Position numbers and translations under genes: made by a program. Below are positions 40,566-64,000 of a DNA stretch of 64,000 nucleotides, in pieces; position 1 is the first letter of the stretch, and each line of letters opens with the position of its first letter. The notes under the pieces were generated by a model that was not told the origin of the DNA, searched no databases, and saw nothing but the letters and a program-made list of their open reading frames with translations. This DNA comes from Tubulanus polymorphus. Its lineage: Eukaryota; Animalia; Nemertea. The stretch covers positions 24,408,299 to 24,472,298 of the forward strand of contig NC_134025.1 in assembly GCF_964204645.1 (NCBI RefSeq), given 5' to 3'.

Positions 40566-43500
40566 TTGTCGATTCATGAATACGCCGATATCTGAGGTAG
40601 CCAATGCATCGCAGTCGCGGTTAGTTTTCTTGTCACCTTAACATTCATGTGGAAAGAAAAATACTGATAACCGCAAACCATAAAAAAGACACGAATACCT
40701 GTGCATTTTATAAGCTTTTGACATTGCCGTTAACGAGTGCTTGACATTTAGTACTTGATAAAAGATTTCAAAAAGAATAATATATATACAACCTCAACTT
40801 TGTAAGTGCCTCGTGCAACATAAGAAGACATGTATGTGTTAACGGCCCAGATAGCGATGATATACATTGATTTTTCATCGAGGAACTTTTTACGAAAGAA
40901 ACTCGATAAAAGAGCGCCGTGTTGAATTGAGGGTTGTTTATTAAAAGATGAATCCAAGAATGGGGTGTATAAGATATATGAAGTACATACTTATATGTAA
41001 AAACCGACAGTTGATGATTGAATCATTTATTTTCTTGACAGTTTTGACTAAATTCAATCAATAGAGAAACCAAAATAGTTTTTTTTTATTAACTCTGAAT
41101 ACTGAGATTAATATCGGTTTCTTGATATGAATTGAATCTACAAACCACTTTTGTTTATTAAATATAAATGTTTGTTAACCACACACACGATCTTACGAAT
41201 GGTGAAGAAGATTCGAAAAAGTTATTCAGTGTACGGGTTGTATATAGAATAGATTGTCGATCTAAATCATGATTCGGTTTGTCGAGATATGTCATATAAA
41301 TCCAATGGGGTTAACTGTATTCGTATGAGATATATAATATATAAGCATGTCCTTTCTATAGTCTACGATATTAGGCATCCTATTGCAGACGTAACGTACA
41401 TGAGATGCGAATCACGCAGTATACGTCCAACCTTCGGCGTAAACAAATTAGTGATTACACGATTCCGTGACGACAACGTAATTGCCATCGGAAGCGATAT
41501 GTCTCAATGGACATGCGGTAAAATATCAAGTTACCGAAGTACAATTGTTCTATAATCCAGTCTAAACCGAGTCAAACAGGGAAACGGGGGTTCATTATGG
41601 AAAATAAATTGAAAAAAAGAAATCAAACCTAAAGTGACTCGAGTTCCAGTATATACATCGTGCAGCCCGAGATTATCCCAATGTATGGGTTTGCATAAAG
41701 CAATTAATTAAACAGACATAAACATAAACATTACCTAACATTTGAATTTTAGGGGGGGGGGCAGAGAAACCAGAAAAAGTGCAGTTCTATAGGGTTTAAC
41801 AATAATATTTGCAAAAAGGGCACTTTTCCAAAATTTCTGGGGGTAGTTACGGCCCTGTTGAAGCTATAATTTTTTGGTATTTGGATTAGATCATTTCAAA
41901 CATGATGTGATAACTTATCATTGCTTAAAGGTTTTGATCCTAAACCCTAGAAAACCAGGCCAGAAAAAAACCAGAAAAAAACCGAATGATTTTACTTTTA
42001 TAATAGCCTACGATTTTCTCGTCCTTGGTGCAATCCGTCAAAAGACTAGACGGTCTATTAAATTTATCAAGGATGATGAAGAAGAATGTTTCACCTGGTT
42101 ACATCACTAAACATCCTTCAATACGATTAGATTAGCCGGGATTTATCATCTACGTACATTGTAAGCTTGGCCCGGATGTCACGAAAAAAAAACTACGTAC
42201 GATTCGGAGCTGGCGGAAAAATCTATGGCTTATCCCGTGGTTTTAACCGACATTTCATCCACTATATGGATAGTTATTATATTAATCTGATTGCATCACT
42301 AAGATTTGCCGGGCTAACTCCCTCCCCGAGTTATTAGGCTTTTATTTTTGTTAAGCACACTATCGTATAATGGAGTCGAAGGGAGTGAGGCTGAAGATTA
42401 ATGGACGGCGACGGGAAGTCCGGTTAGCGATACTCCCACAACTAACGACAGAATATCAGAATTCTTAACTTATCCTTTTCTTACGTCGGAGTATCCGCAC
42501 TTGTTGTGTTGTCTGGTTGGCTCTACGTGACCGGCGATGGTTTGGCGTTGCCTCAAATGAATAATGAATAGTAGCTGCGTTGACAGTCAAGTGATCAGGT
42601 AAGGATCCACCGATATGGGAATGTATCGGAAAATTACATTCAAATAAACGGACAAACTCATCCTAAAATCATACTTATCCAGTTAGCTAGAAGAAATTCA
42701 GCTCAGTTCACCTTGCAGATGGTCTGCTGCCTGTGACCCCCTCTCCCAATCACCATTTCATGGCGGAGGTAAAGAGTAGGCCCTGTCCGTTTTTATGGAT
42801 TTGTGGGTTAAGGTTAAAAGAAATGTCATTCTTTTTCAAATAAGAATGCCTTGAGTCCTGAAAGACCTTTCAAAGTCTTGGTGATCAGTTTCATTAGGAT
42901 AACTTACGTAGGTCTGTCGATAGACTGAGGGTGTGAGTACCGTAATTGTGAGTAGGCCACCGACTGCGACAGCACACAATAAAAAAATGAAAGAGCAAAA
43001 AAAACAGACAAAAACAACAAATTCTGAGTCACTAGAAAGTTGCAGAATGATATAATCAGTCAAATGCATGAGTCAAAAGTCGGCCACTTCGCGTATCCAT
43101 CACCCTATGAGAGGGAATTCTGGGAAAAACGTCTAACCATCGACTCTTATCCCACAGACTATTCGGTCAAGGATGGTAATCACCTAATTGTCTGCAAAAA
43201 CAGGCGGCTATCCCAGGGGTAATGAGGGCAGAAAATTAGGGGTTGAGAGAGACGAGGTGGAATTGTAAAAACCTGTGAAAAGTTGCGTATTATTCGGTCA
43301 CGTATTTTCCCTGCTTTAAATTAGTACATATGAAATAAAAGGATCGTGTATTATTCGATTCGTATTGGAGAATGTTTTTTTTTTATCTGGGATGGCGGTT
43401 TTCTTGTACATTTTCTGGGACGCATGCCGACTGCTGATGAACGTATGATTTATTTAGTCTCGTCCCAAAATGAACGCATTATCGAACGTGACAGCCAGCG

Positions 43501-44459
43501 CTTTATTATTGTTTCCTATGAGATTGTATGCAGATAAAGTAAACGAAACGTTTTAAAACTCCGTCCATTTATCAGGAAATCCCAAAAGAATCATTTGCCG
43601 CCCACATTGACGCTTATATACATAGAAGTTAATCTATCATCTATAAAGACATATTCACATAATCATATAATATAGTAATTCACATAATCACAAATTTTGT
43701 GCAAAGATTGTGGCGGGGATGTCGAAAGTTTCTGACTACATTCAGCGTCAGTCCCACGTCAGTCCTCTAGTCTCCTGGAAGATGGCAATGTGATCAACCG
43801 ATGATATACGCATAATTTTTCGTTCACGAGTAGAAATGTAAATAATTGTAAAATGCATCATTTTCTTAGAAGTTTTCATTTGTATTCACGTAACTCACTA
43901 ACGTGAGATAACTTTGGTAGTCAGTTTTCCCATGGATTGTTGCAGCAGAATTTTTCGTCGATAGGTCGTGAACGAATTGAATCGATGCTAGACTATGTAT
44001 GAATTAGCATAGTATATAGTTTATACGCTAGGTCGGAATTTTAATCCTGAGAAAAGTACGTCTTCAACCCGTTTTTTTTTGAGTCCACGCTTCAACAGAC
44101 GAATGTTTCACAAATTACGATAGGTGGCAGCGGTGTAGGGAATTTGTTTATACGCTTCAGTAGCTCAGCGAGATGAGGCGTAATGCAGTCGCATTCACTG
44201 TCGATTCTCGATGACAAGTCCAAATCCAGTCATTCAAAAAACCACTGTGGTGCCATGTTTAAGTGGGTCTAGGAAACTCAAATCCATTCAATAACTAGAC
44301 AGTCAGTCACATCATTTGAAATGCAGGTACATAACAAACAATCATATAATTAGATCATTCTGTTTAACAGTTCTGTTAAACAGTTTTATTTTCACCAGAA
44401 ATCACAATAATTGCCAGAAGTTCATCAAATAACCACAGTTTTTAATTCTGATCAGATAT

Positions 44460-56708
<12,249 letters not shown>

Positions 56709-56838
56709 TTTGACAGCGTTGTTGTGTTGGTTAACAGCTATCAGTCTGAATGCTGCAAATTAATGGATGACTGACGTAACCCGACGGTCTAACTGGAGAT
56801 GGCCGTGTGTGGACGCGAGGTATTGAGAACGGGTAGTA

Positions 56839-57325
56839 CTAAACACCGACCAAAACCGACCATCGCCTGGCCCAACCAACCAAAGGCGTTTTTACGAGCA
56901 TCCGATTTTTGCGATCGATTTCGTGAACGATTTGCTCCGATCGTACGATCGAATCGAATGTTCGTAAAAATGACGATGGATTTGGCTAATCACATGACAT
57001 AAATATGGCGACGTTGAGGAAAAAAATGTATGGTTTTGAACTACCCGGTGCCGCCATCTTGGAAATCAAATCGCCAAATCGCTCGCCGAGCGAGTTGGTC
57101 GATTTCAAAAATCGATCGGAAAATCGTGTTCGTAAAAACGCCGATCGTGAAATCGATCGCAAAAATCGGTGCTCGTAAATGCGTTCCTACGATCGATCGC
57201 AAAAATCGGATGCTCGTAAAAACGCCTCAAAATTCATGGTCACAGACAGTGAGACCAGCGGAAAGCTTGCCCAACCCACCATCCAAAATTTTGGTCAGTA
57301 TTGGACGGTTTTGGTCGGTATTTAG
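56839..57325. mobile_element. Older inverted-repeat element interrupted by the 56884-57227 MITE
   Basis: ctaaacaccgaccaaaaccgacca (56839-56862) matches the reverse complement of 57302-57325 at 22 of 24 positions. Confidence 0.65.
56884..57227. mobile_element. MITE with perfect 36 bp TIRs and 3 bp CAA target duplication (PIF/Harbinger-like)
   Basis: aggcgtttttacgagcatccgatttttgcgatcgat at 56884-56919 and exact reverse complement at 57192-57227; CAA on both sides (56881-56883, 57228-57230). Confidence 0.85.
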
Positions 57326-57334
57326 CGATCCTGA

Positions 57335-57920
57335 AGTGAGCCTGTCATTCCAGCCTCGCATTCAGATATAGTGTGTCCCCTGTGCCTCAGCTCATCCGTA
57401 GAGGAAGAACACTTTCTCGTCCATTTCCCAACACTCTGTTCCACCCGTATCCCTTTTTTGAACGAATAATTGATATCGCTCCCTCTTTCTCTGAACTCTC
57501 CGACAATGAAAAATTCCTCTTCCTAATTGCATATAACAACAATGACAGTGAAATAGGTGACATATTCTCTCAACTAGTCAACGAGCTTTGCCTCCAAAGA
57601 AAAACCCATCTCAACCATCCTAATACATATACATATATACCTATTTGGGTCTGCCTTCAACCTTATATATTACTCACTACTTGATAAAGTGTCAGATTAC
57701 ATGTTTATAGCTCAATCTTATATAATATCTATCGTCTCATAATCTTCATGTAATATCCATCATTCTTCCAACATACCTATATGTATTATTATAATTTGAT
57801 AGTCTCCCTGTATTTGTATGTTGTTATTGAATAACATTGTAAGCGCCTGTTTATTCAAATGTGTTTGTTTGTTTTTTACTCTTTCTCTCTTGTTATTTGT
57901 CAGTATCTCTTTGTGTTTTA
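57335..57920 (+). mobile_element. 5'-truncated LINE fragment (ORF2 C-terminal zinc-knuckle region plus 3' UTR)
   Basis: Reads VCPLCLSSSVEEEHFLVH then, after a frameshift, FSELSDNEKFLFLIAYNNNDSEI..LVNEL; same family as 63350-64000. Confidence 0.75.
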
Positions 57921-58129
57921 TTTTATTGCCATGTCTGTCTCATGTAATATCTGTAATTATAAGGACGCAATGAATTTTGAATTCGAGTACACACTGAACA
58001 GCTGCATGTAGATACTGGTTGATGTGAAATGTATACCCAACGCTTTGACCTGACGAAACGACGATCATTCAATGAAGTCACCGGGGCAGTAGAGTGCTCA
58101 ATTGTTTTATATAATTCATTATTGTTCAA

Positions 58130-59445
58130 TTAAAATATGAATGATTTTCGTAAATTTCATAGATTCTCATCGAAATGTATCTTACATCAATAATGCCTGT
58201 TATTTCAGTACGATGGCGTGACAAGGTGCGTTATTTGAATTTTAAAATTCAAATATGTCTAAAAGTAAAACACTAGGCTACCTGAAAATTAATAATCCGA
58301 ACGGGGAAACACCATATTGTTCAATTTGGTTTTATTAATTAAATAGCTAGGCCTACGCGATGTCATGGCGCACAAAATCTAATGAAAGATCAAATTTCAC
58401 TAAAACTAAAGCCTGAAAATTCTTGAAAATGGAGCATTTGACGAAAATCTCTATTCTTCAAATTAATTTTCAAAGCATATGTCTTGATTTGTTCATAGTA
58501 AAAAATACGCGTATTTCAACGCACGATTGCATCATGGCTCAACATTTGAAAATTAAAATTCAAAATCTAATTTCTCTAAAACTAAAACCTGAGGCTTTCT
58601 GAAAATTGAGTATATTATTTAGGAGACTCTATTCTCCAGGTCGATGTAAAGCAGATGTCTGTGCATTGATTTGATCATAGTTAAAAACGCGTCATCTCAA
58701 TACACGATTGCATCATGGCGCGATATTGAAAGATTAAAATCAAATTTCTCTATAACTAAAACCTGAGGCTTTCTGAAAATTGAGTATATTATTTAGGAGA
58801 CTCTATTCTCCAGGTCGATGTAAAGCAGATGTCTGTGCATTGATTTGATCAAAGTAAAAAAATGCAATATTTCGATACGTGATTGCATCATGGCGCGATA
58901 TTTAAAAATTAAAATTCAAAATCGAATTTCTCTAAAACCAAAACCTGAGGCTTCCTGAAAATGAAGTATATTATTAAGGAAACTCTATTCTTTAAGTTAA
59001 TTTAAGGCAGATGTCTGTGCATTGATTTGATCAAAGTAAAAAACGCAATATTTCGATACATGATTGCATGGCGCGATATTTAAAAATTAAAATTAAAATT
59101 TCTCTAAAACTGAAGCCTGAGGCTCTCTGAAAATTTAGTAGATTATTAAGGAAACTCTATTCTTTAAGTTGATTTAAGGCAGATATCTGTGCATTGATTT
59201 ATCATAGTTAAAAACGCGTCATTTCAATACATGATTACATCATGGCGCGATATTTAAAGATTAAAATTCAAAATCAAATTTCTCTTAAACTGAAACCTGA
59301 GGCTTTCTGAAAATCTAGTATATTGTGAAGGAGACCCTGTTCTTTGATGTTTGAAGTTGATGTAAAGCAGATGTCTATGCATTGATTTAATCATAGTAAA
59401 AAAACGAAATATTTCAATACACGATTGCATCATGGCACGATTTTT
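58130..59445. repeat. Satellite array, monomer about 178 bp, about 7 copies
   Basis: gattgcatcatggcgcgatatt and ctaaaacctgaggctttctgaaaat recur at about 58527, 58706, 58881, 59062, 59233, 59423; left-hand monomers are more diverged. Confidence 0.92.
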
Positions 59446-61440
59446 AGGCCACTCGGGGAACACTAAGTTTTGTCCTAAGTAGGCTACCGGTGAATTGATT
59501 TCACTTTTCGTCAATGATGTTATTGACACGATCTTGATATTTGGTTTATGGCATTGATTATGTTTAGCGAAACAAAATGACATGAATTGTTTCTTTTGCT
59601 CAGTTAGTTGACAAACCAATAATTCGTCAGTTTGTTGTTAATTATATGTCTCGGAGCAAAGACCTGTCTGACACTAATCGGTGTAATTAACAGTTTAGCA
59701 AAACATTAGTCTGTAGTGAAGAATGTATAAAACGTATCATCTTTAATGTAAAGGACAGTTTGTGTTTGGAGTTCTTACTAAAAGGATATTCTACCAACCG
59801 GGCAATATTCAGCGAGTCGAAAATAAATACGTAAAATCTCATGAACGAAAGCTTGACGAGTTGCTACTTGGAGTTCTGATCGGAGTATTCTACGGTAAAC
59901 ACTGAAGCGAGTTTACTGTTATTAAATATGCCTACTACGCAAGTGTATTGGCATTCCTAAAGTTGGATGAGGTGTTGATAATTTTATGAGATACCCGCAC
60001 GATTGATTGGGGGAAAACTTGAGTGAGTCATTTCTCAAACATTTGTCATTCATAATTTACAATTTGCCATGGTACTGGTTTTGGGAATTTTTTGAGACAG
60101 ATTGGGAAAAAATTCAGATAATTATGATTGAGAAAATTGACGACTCATGTACAACGACTCACGGCCTACGTAGCGGAATGGCTGTGAACGAAAAATATGG
60201 CCTTATAGCTCGGCTGGGTCATATTTGTAAAATATGATAAAATTTGTATACAGTTCATTTATATAGCGACCGGGTCTGTAATGGTAAAATTGATCACGAT
60301 TTTAAAAAAAAAGTCATGCCGGCCGGGTCTACTTTTAAGCTCGGTAGAGCAGAAACAAGGTTCCAAATCAATTTTTAGCCTTAGACATGCTTGCAACTGC
60401 TGTGATGATGAGATAAGCTATTTAAACGAAAAATCCCCTTTTAAATCTTTCGGAAGGCATTAGAGAGGATGGCTAGCCACCCTCACCCCCTAGATCCGCC
60501 CCTGCTACAGTAAACCGGCCGCCCTACAGGAACTAGAGACCCGCTAGATTGGCACTAGTTGTAGTGAAAATCCGTGTGAGGTTTACTGTAGTTTTCTATC
60601 ACCTAATGTATCAATAAACTGGAAAATATAATCCCAGGGACTATCAAGTTTAAATGCGCATGAGTAGACCGAGTTCTAACTAAAATCAATTAAAACAAGT
60701 GAGTACAGGTAATTGTACAGACGATAGATTGAGTTTGAAAGTGTCTGAGTCCGAGTCAATGCTATAATTGATTAGTGTGATTCGAGTTAAAGAGCCGAGA
60801 GCAGAGTCAACTGTAGATCACAGAAAAATAACAAAAACAATTTGTAGTGAACAACTAAACCACGAATAGGTTTTAGTTGTTGTGATTAATAGTTCAATAT
60901 GTATTTACATGTAAACAAAGGTAAACCAATTATCAAACACCAATCACAAGCCCTTTAAATCAATTAAGCGCCACAAAATCAATATAATTCATCAATGTAA
61001 CAAATAAAAGACAAGATAAACCGGTAACGCAAGTACTTTCCACCTCGTTTTTCTATTCTACACCAAGTTGAGAATACAGCTCCTCTACGAATCGATCATG
61101 TCATTTCATAGAAATAAATATGGTATTTACAAAAACAAACGAGTTTAAATGCATTGTAATTGACCAACACCGACAGAAGTCAACACGAAGAAGTCAACAC
61201 GAAGAAATCAAGGTCAGTCATCATGTCATGTCGATATTCAAACACACTACGGAACTGACTGCTGCATTTCAGTTCGTCCTCAAAACAACATCAACAATTC
61301 TTTAGAAGCGATCAAAGATATTCTAACTTGTTTTATTTAAATCAAAATAAATGAATAAATCAAAAATCTCAAATTGAACACATATGTTCATACACACGGT
61401 CAGTTGCACACACAAGAATTCTCAAAGCCTTGACACGCAG

Positions 61441-61866
61441 AAGAGTTGTCCAAGTTCCAGCAACGCATTAAGAGTTCTCCAAGTTCGAGCAAGGCATTAG
61501 AGTAACCCAAGTTTCAGTAACGCACTAGAGTTCACCAAGTTCCAGCAACGCATTAGAGTTTTGGAAGTTCCAGCAACGCATCAGAGTTCTCCAAGTTCTA
61601 GCAACGCATTAGAGTTCTCCCAAGTTTCAGCAACGCAATAGAGTTCTCGAAGTTCCGGCAACGCGTTAGAGTTCACCTAGTTCCAGCAAAGCATTAGATT
61701 TCTGGATGTTCCAGCAACGCATCAGAGTTCTCCAAGTTCTAGCAATGCATTAGAGTTCTCCCAAGTTTCAGCAACGCATCTCCAAGTTCCAGCAACGCGT
61801 TAGAGTTCTCTTAGTTCCAGGAATGCATTAGTGTTCTCTTAGTTCCAGGAATACATTAGAGTTCTC
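61441..61866. repeat. Minisatellite, 28 bp unit AAGTTCCAGCAACGCATTAGAGTTCTCC, about 15 copies
   Basis: Unit starts at 61452, 61481, 61509, 61537, 61565, 61593 and onward. Confidence 0.95.
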
Positions 61867-62111
61867 AAATGATTATTAGGCGCCATCTGATAAGGGCCAA
61901 TACTTAAGATTCGTTTACTGAATATTGAATTTCAACCAAAAAAAAACTATTCTGACAATTCTGATTTCTCAATGTATCATTTTATTTCAAATGTTTTTTA
62001 TTCTATCATTTTATTGAAGTATTCACAGAAACCAAAACCAATAGAAACCAAACAATCAACAATCAGCAGTTTGTAGAATAACCAGACAGCGCCTACAGTT
62101 AACAATAATAA

Positions 62112-62872
62112 GTACTGGGCGTGGATGTGCTGGTATCACTGGTACTGGCTTGATGCGCTGGTATCACTGGTACTGGGATGATGTACTGGTATCACTGGTA
62201 CTGGGATGATGCACTGGTATCACTGGTACTGGGATGATGTACTGGTATCACTGGTACTGGGATGATGCACTGGTATCACTGGTACTGGGATGATGCACTG
62301 GTATTATTGGTGCTGGCTTGATGCGCAGGTATCACTGGTACTGAGATGATGCACTGGTATCACTGGTACTGGGATGATGTACTGGTATCACTGGTACTGG
62401 GATGATGCACTGGTATCACTGGTACTGGGATGATGTACTGGTATCACTGGTACTGGGATGATGCACTGGTATCACTGGTACTGGGATGATGTACTGGTAT
62501 CACTGGTACTGGGATGATGTACTGGTATCACTGGTACTGGGATGATGTACTGGTATCATTGGTGCTGGTTTGATGCGCTGGTATCACTGGTACTGGGATG
62601 ATGCACTGGTATCATTGGTGCTGGTTTGATGCACTGGTACTGGGATGATGTACTGGTATCACTGGTACTGGGATGATGCACTGGTATCACTGGTACTGGG
62701 ATGATGTGGTATCACTGGTACTGGGATGATGAACTGGTATCACTGGTACTGAAATGATGTACTGGTATTACTGGTACTGGGATGATGCACTGGTATCATT
62801 GGTGCTGGCTTGATACGCTGGTATCACTGGTACTGGGATGATGCGCTGGTATCACTGGTACTGGGATGATTA
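62112..62872. repeat. Minisatellite, 28 bp unit CTGGTATCACTGGTACTGGGATGATGYA, about 27 copies
   Basis: Near-perfect head-to-tail copies (gtatca at 62161, 62189, 62217...), with a recurrent variant ttggtgctggYttgatgc. Confidence 0.97.
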
Positions 62873-63186
62873 TACACTGCAACTGGGTTGGTGTGGGTTG
62901 ATAGTACTTAAACCGTAGTAATGAAGAAGGCGGCCAATCTCACTACTGACTACCTAGTATCAGGTGCTGAACTCAGAAGCGGTGCTGCGACGTTGCATAA
63001 CCAATTCATAGCCGGCTTCAAACAAATTCATTCTAAATAGAATAAACACATTTTCATCTACGTCGTCATAAAAAAACCAATATAAATCATTAAATAATGA
63101 ATAAATGAGAGATCGATTATACTAACATTTAGTACATTGTTATTGTACGTTGCGCAATTATTCAAACTTTCTCCCACAACCAGGTG

Positions 63187-63270
63187 CAGGGGCGGATCCA
63201 GGGTGCCTTCCATGCCTTCCGGAAGGCAGTCAAAAAATCCCGAGTGCCCCTCTTAAAGGAACGCATTTTT
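63187..63270. mobile_element. End of a short non-autonomous element (caggggcggatcc terminus); related ends at 60450-60503 and 15075
   Basis: caggggcggatccag at 63187, reverse-oriented agatccgcccctg at 60491-60503 with shared cggaaggca, and aagggcggatct at 15076. Confidence 0.45.
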
Positions 63271-63349
63271 TATTTTTAAGTGATAGTAAAAAAATCTACT
63301 ATCGCAAAGTAGCATATAGATTATAATCGTGATTCGAAGTGAACCTTTT

Positions 63350-64000
63350 CCGATGAGTTTTTCCTTCTCTCGTGGCTATTTCAAATCAACGACAGTAATT
63401 CCAACCCCAAATTAAGAACTTATAAACTTTTTAAAAAACGCTTTGAACTAGAAAAATATATTATTTCGAACTCTTTCCTTAAAAGACGCGAATTTTCCAA
63501 ACTGCGTCTCGGTTCCCATCGGCTTAGAATCGAGACGGGGCGTCACTGTCGTCCATTTTTACCAGCCAATGAGAGATTTTGCCTCTACTGTACTGTAAAT
63601 AAAGTCGTTGAGGACGAATCCCACTTTTTACTCGAGTGTTTCCATTTTATCCTCACTTGTATGTTTCACAGAGTTTGAGTCTTTTTGTGTTTTCGATAAA
63701 TTCCTATTTTTGATGTCCTATAACAACGGAGACTATGAAATTGCCAGCCTTATGTGTAACCTAGTTAACTCTTTACTTGCCCTCCGTTCAACACTTTGAT
63801 TCTTTTATATTATATTCACTTGATTGTATCGCCACCTAGTTTCCTTGCTGTAGTATTATATTTTGTTTTACGTTTAACATATTTTATTTGTAAATATTCT
63901 CTATTCCTATGTTATCCATTATAAAAGCGATTTTAAATGTATGTCCACTTTGTACTGTTTTCCCTGTGTTTTGATGTTAATATTTTATTGCATGTCATTT
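63350..64000 (+). mobile_element. 5'-truncated LINE fragment (ORF2 C-terminus plus 3' UTR)
   Basis: Translates PKLRTYKLFKKRFELEKY..FSKLRLGSHRLRIETGRH..ERFCLYC..VEDESHFLLEC, the typical non-LTR ORF2 terminal CCHC region, then frameshifted DKFLFLMSYNNGDYEI..LVNSL. Confidence 0.88.

Noticed and set aside
42836-43222. ORFs near 43 kb
   Set aside because: No recognisable motifs; more likely repeat-derived or non-coding.
44152-44222. tRNA-like motifs tagctcag and gtcgattc
   Set aside because: Boxes are degenerate and no acceptor or anticodon stem could be formed.
61441-62872. CRISPR-like 28 bp repeats
   Set aside because: Units are head-to-tail with no unique spacers, there are no cas genes, and the DNA is eukaryotic; 28 is not a multiple of 3 so a coding repeat is also unlikely.

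Overview
AT-rich, intron-containing animal genomic DNA, most likely a marine lophotrochozoan judging from the gene set and repeat types. Five protein-coding genes can be built by hand from GT-AG exons: (1) the 5' part of an extended-synaptotagmin-like TM-SMP-C2 gene (minus, runs off the left edge); (2) NUSAP1 (plus, 9 exons), head-to-head with it; (3) a secreted 2x F5/8-type-C (discoidin) S1 serine protease (minus, 13 exons, about 612 aa) with a decayed duplicate of its last exon; (4) a small six-cysteine prepropeptide resembling the Lymnaea sodium-influx-stimulating (SIS) neuropeptide, the only recognisable gene in a 22 kb interval; (5) the bifunctional Glu-Pro-tRNA synthetase EPRS (minus, 4 WHEP repeats). 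Repeats include a Helentron-type non-autonomous element, several MITEs (one nested pair just upstream of EPRS), two 3' LINE fragments, a tRNA-like SINE head, a ~178 bp satellite and two unrelated 28 bp minisatellites. The most interesting candidates are the SIS-like neurohormone, candidate alternative exons in the oversized EPRS intron between GluRS and WHEP-ProRS, and the furin-activatable discoidin protease with an atypical S1 pocket. All family assignments are from motif recognition without database searches.
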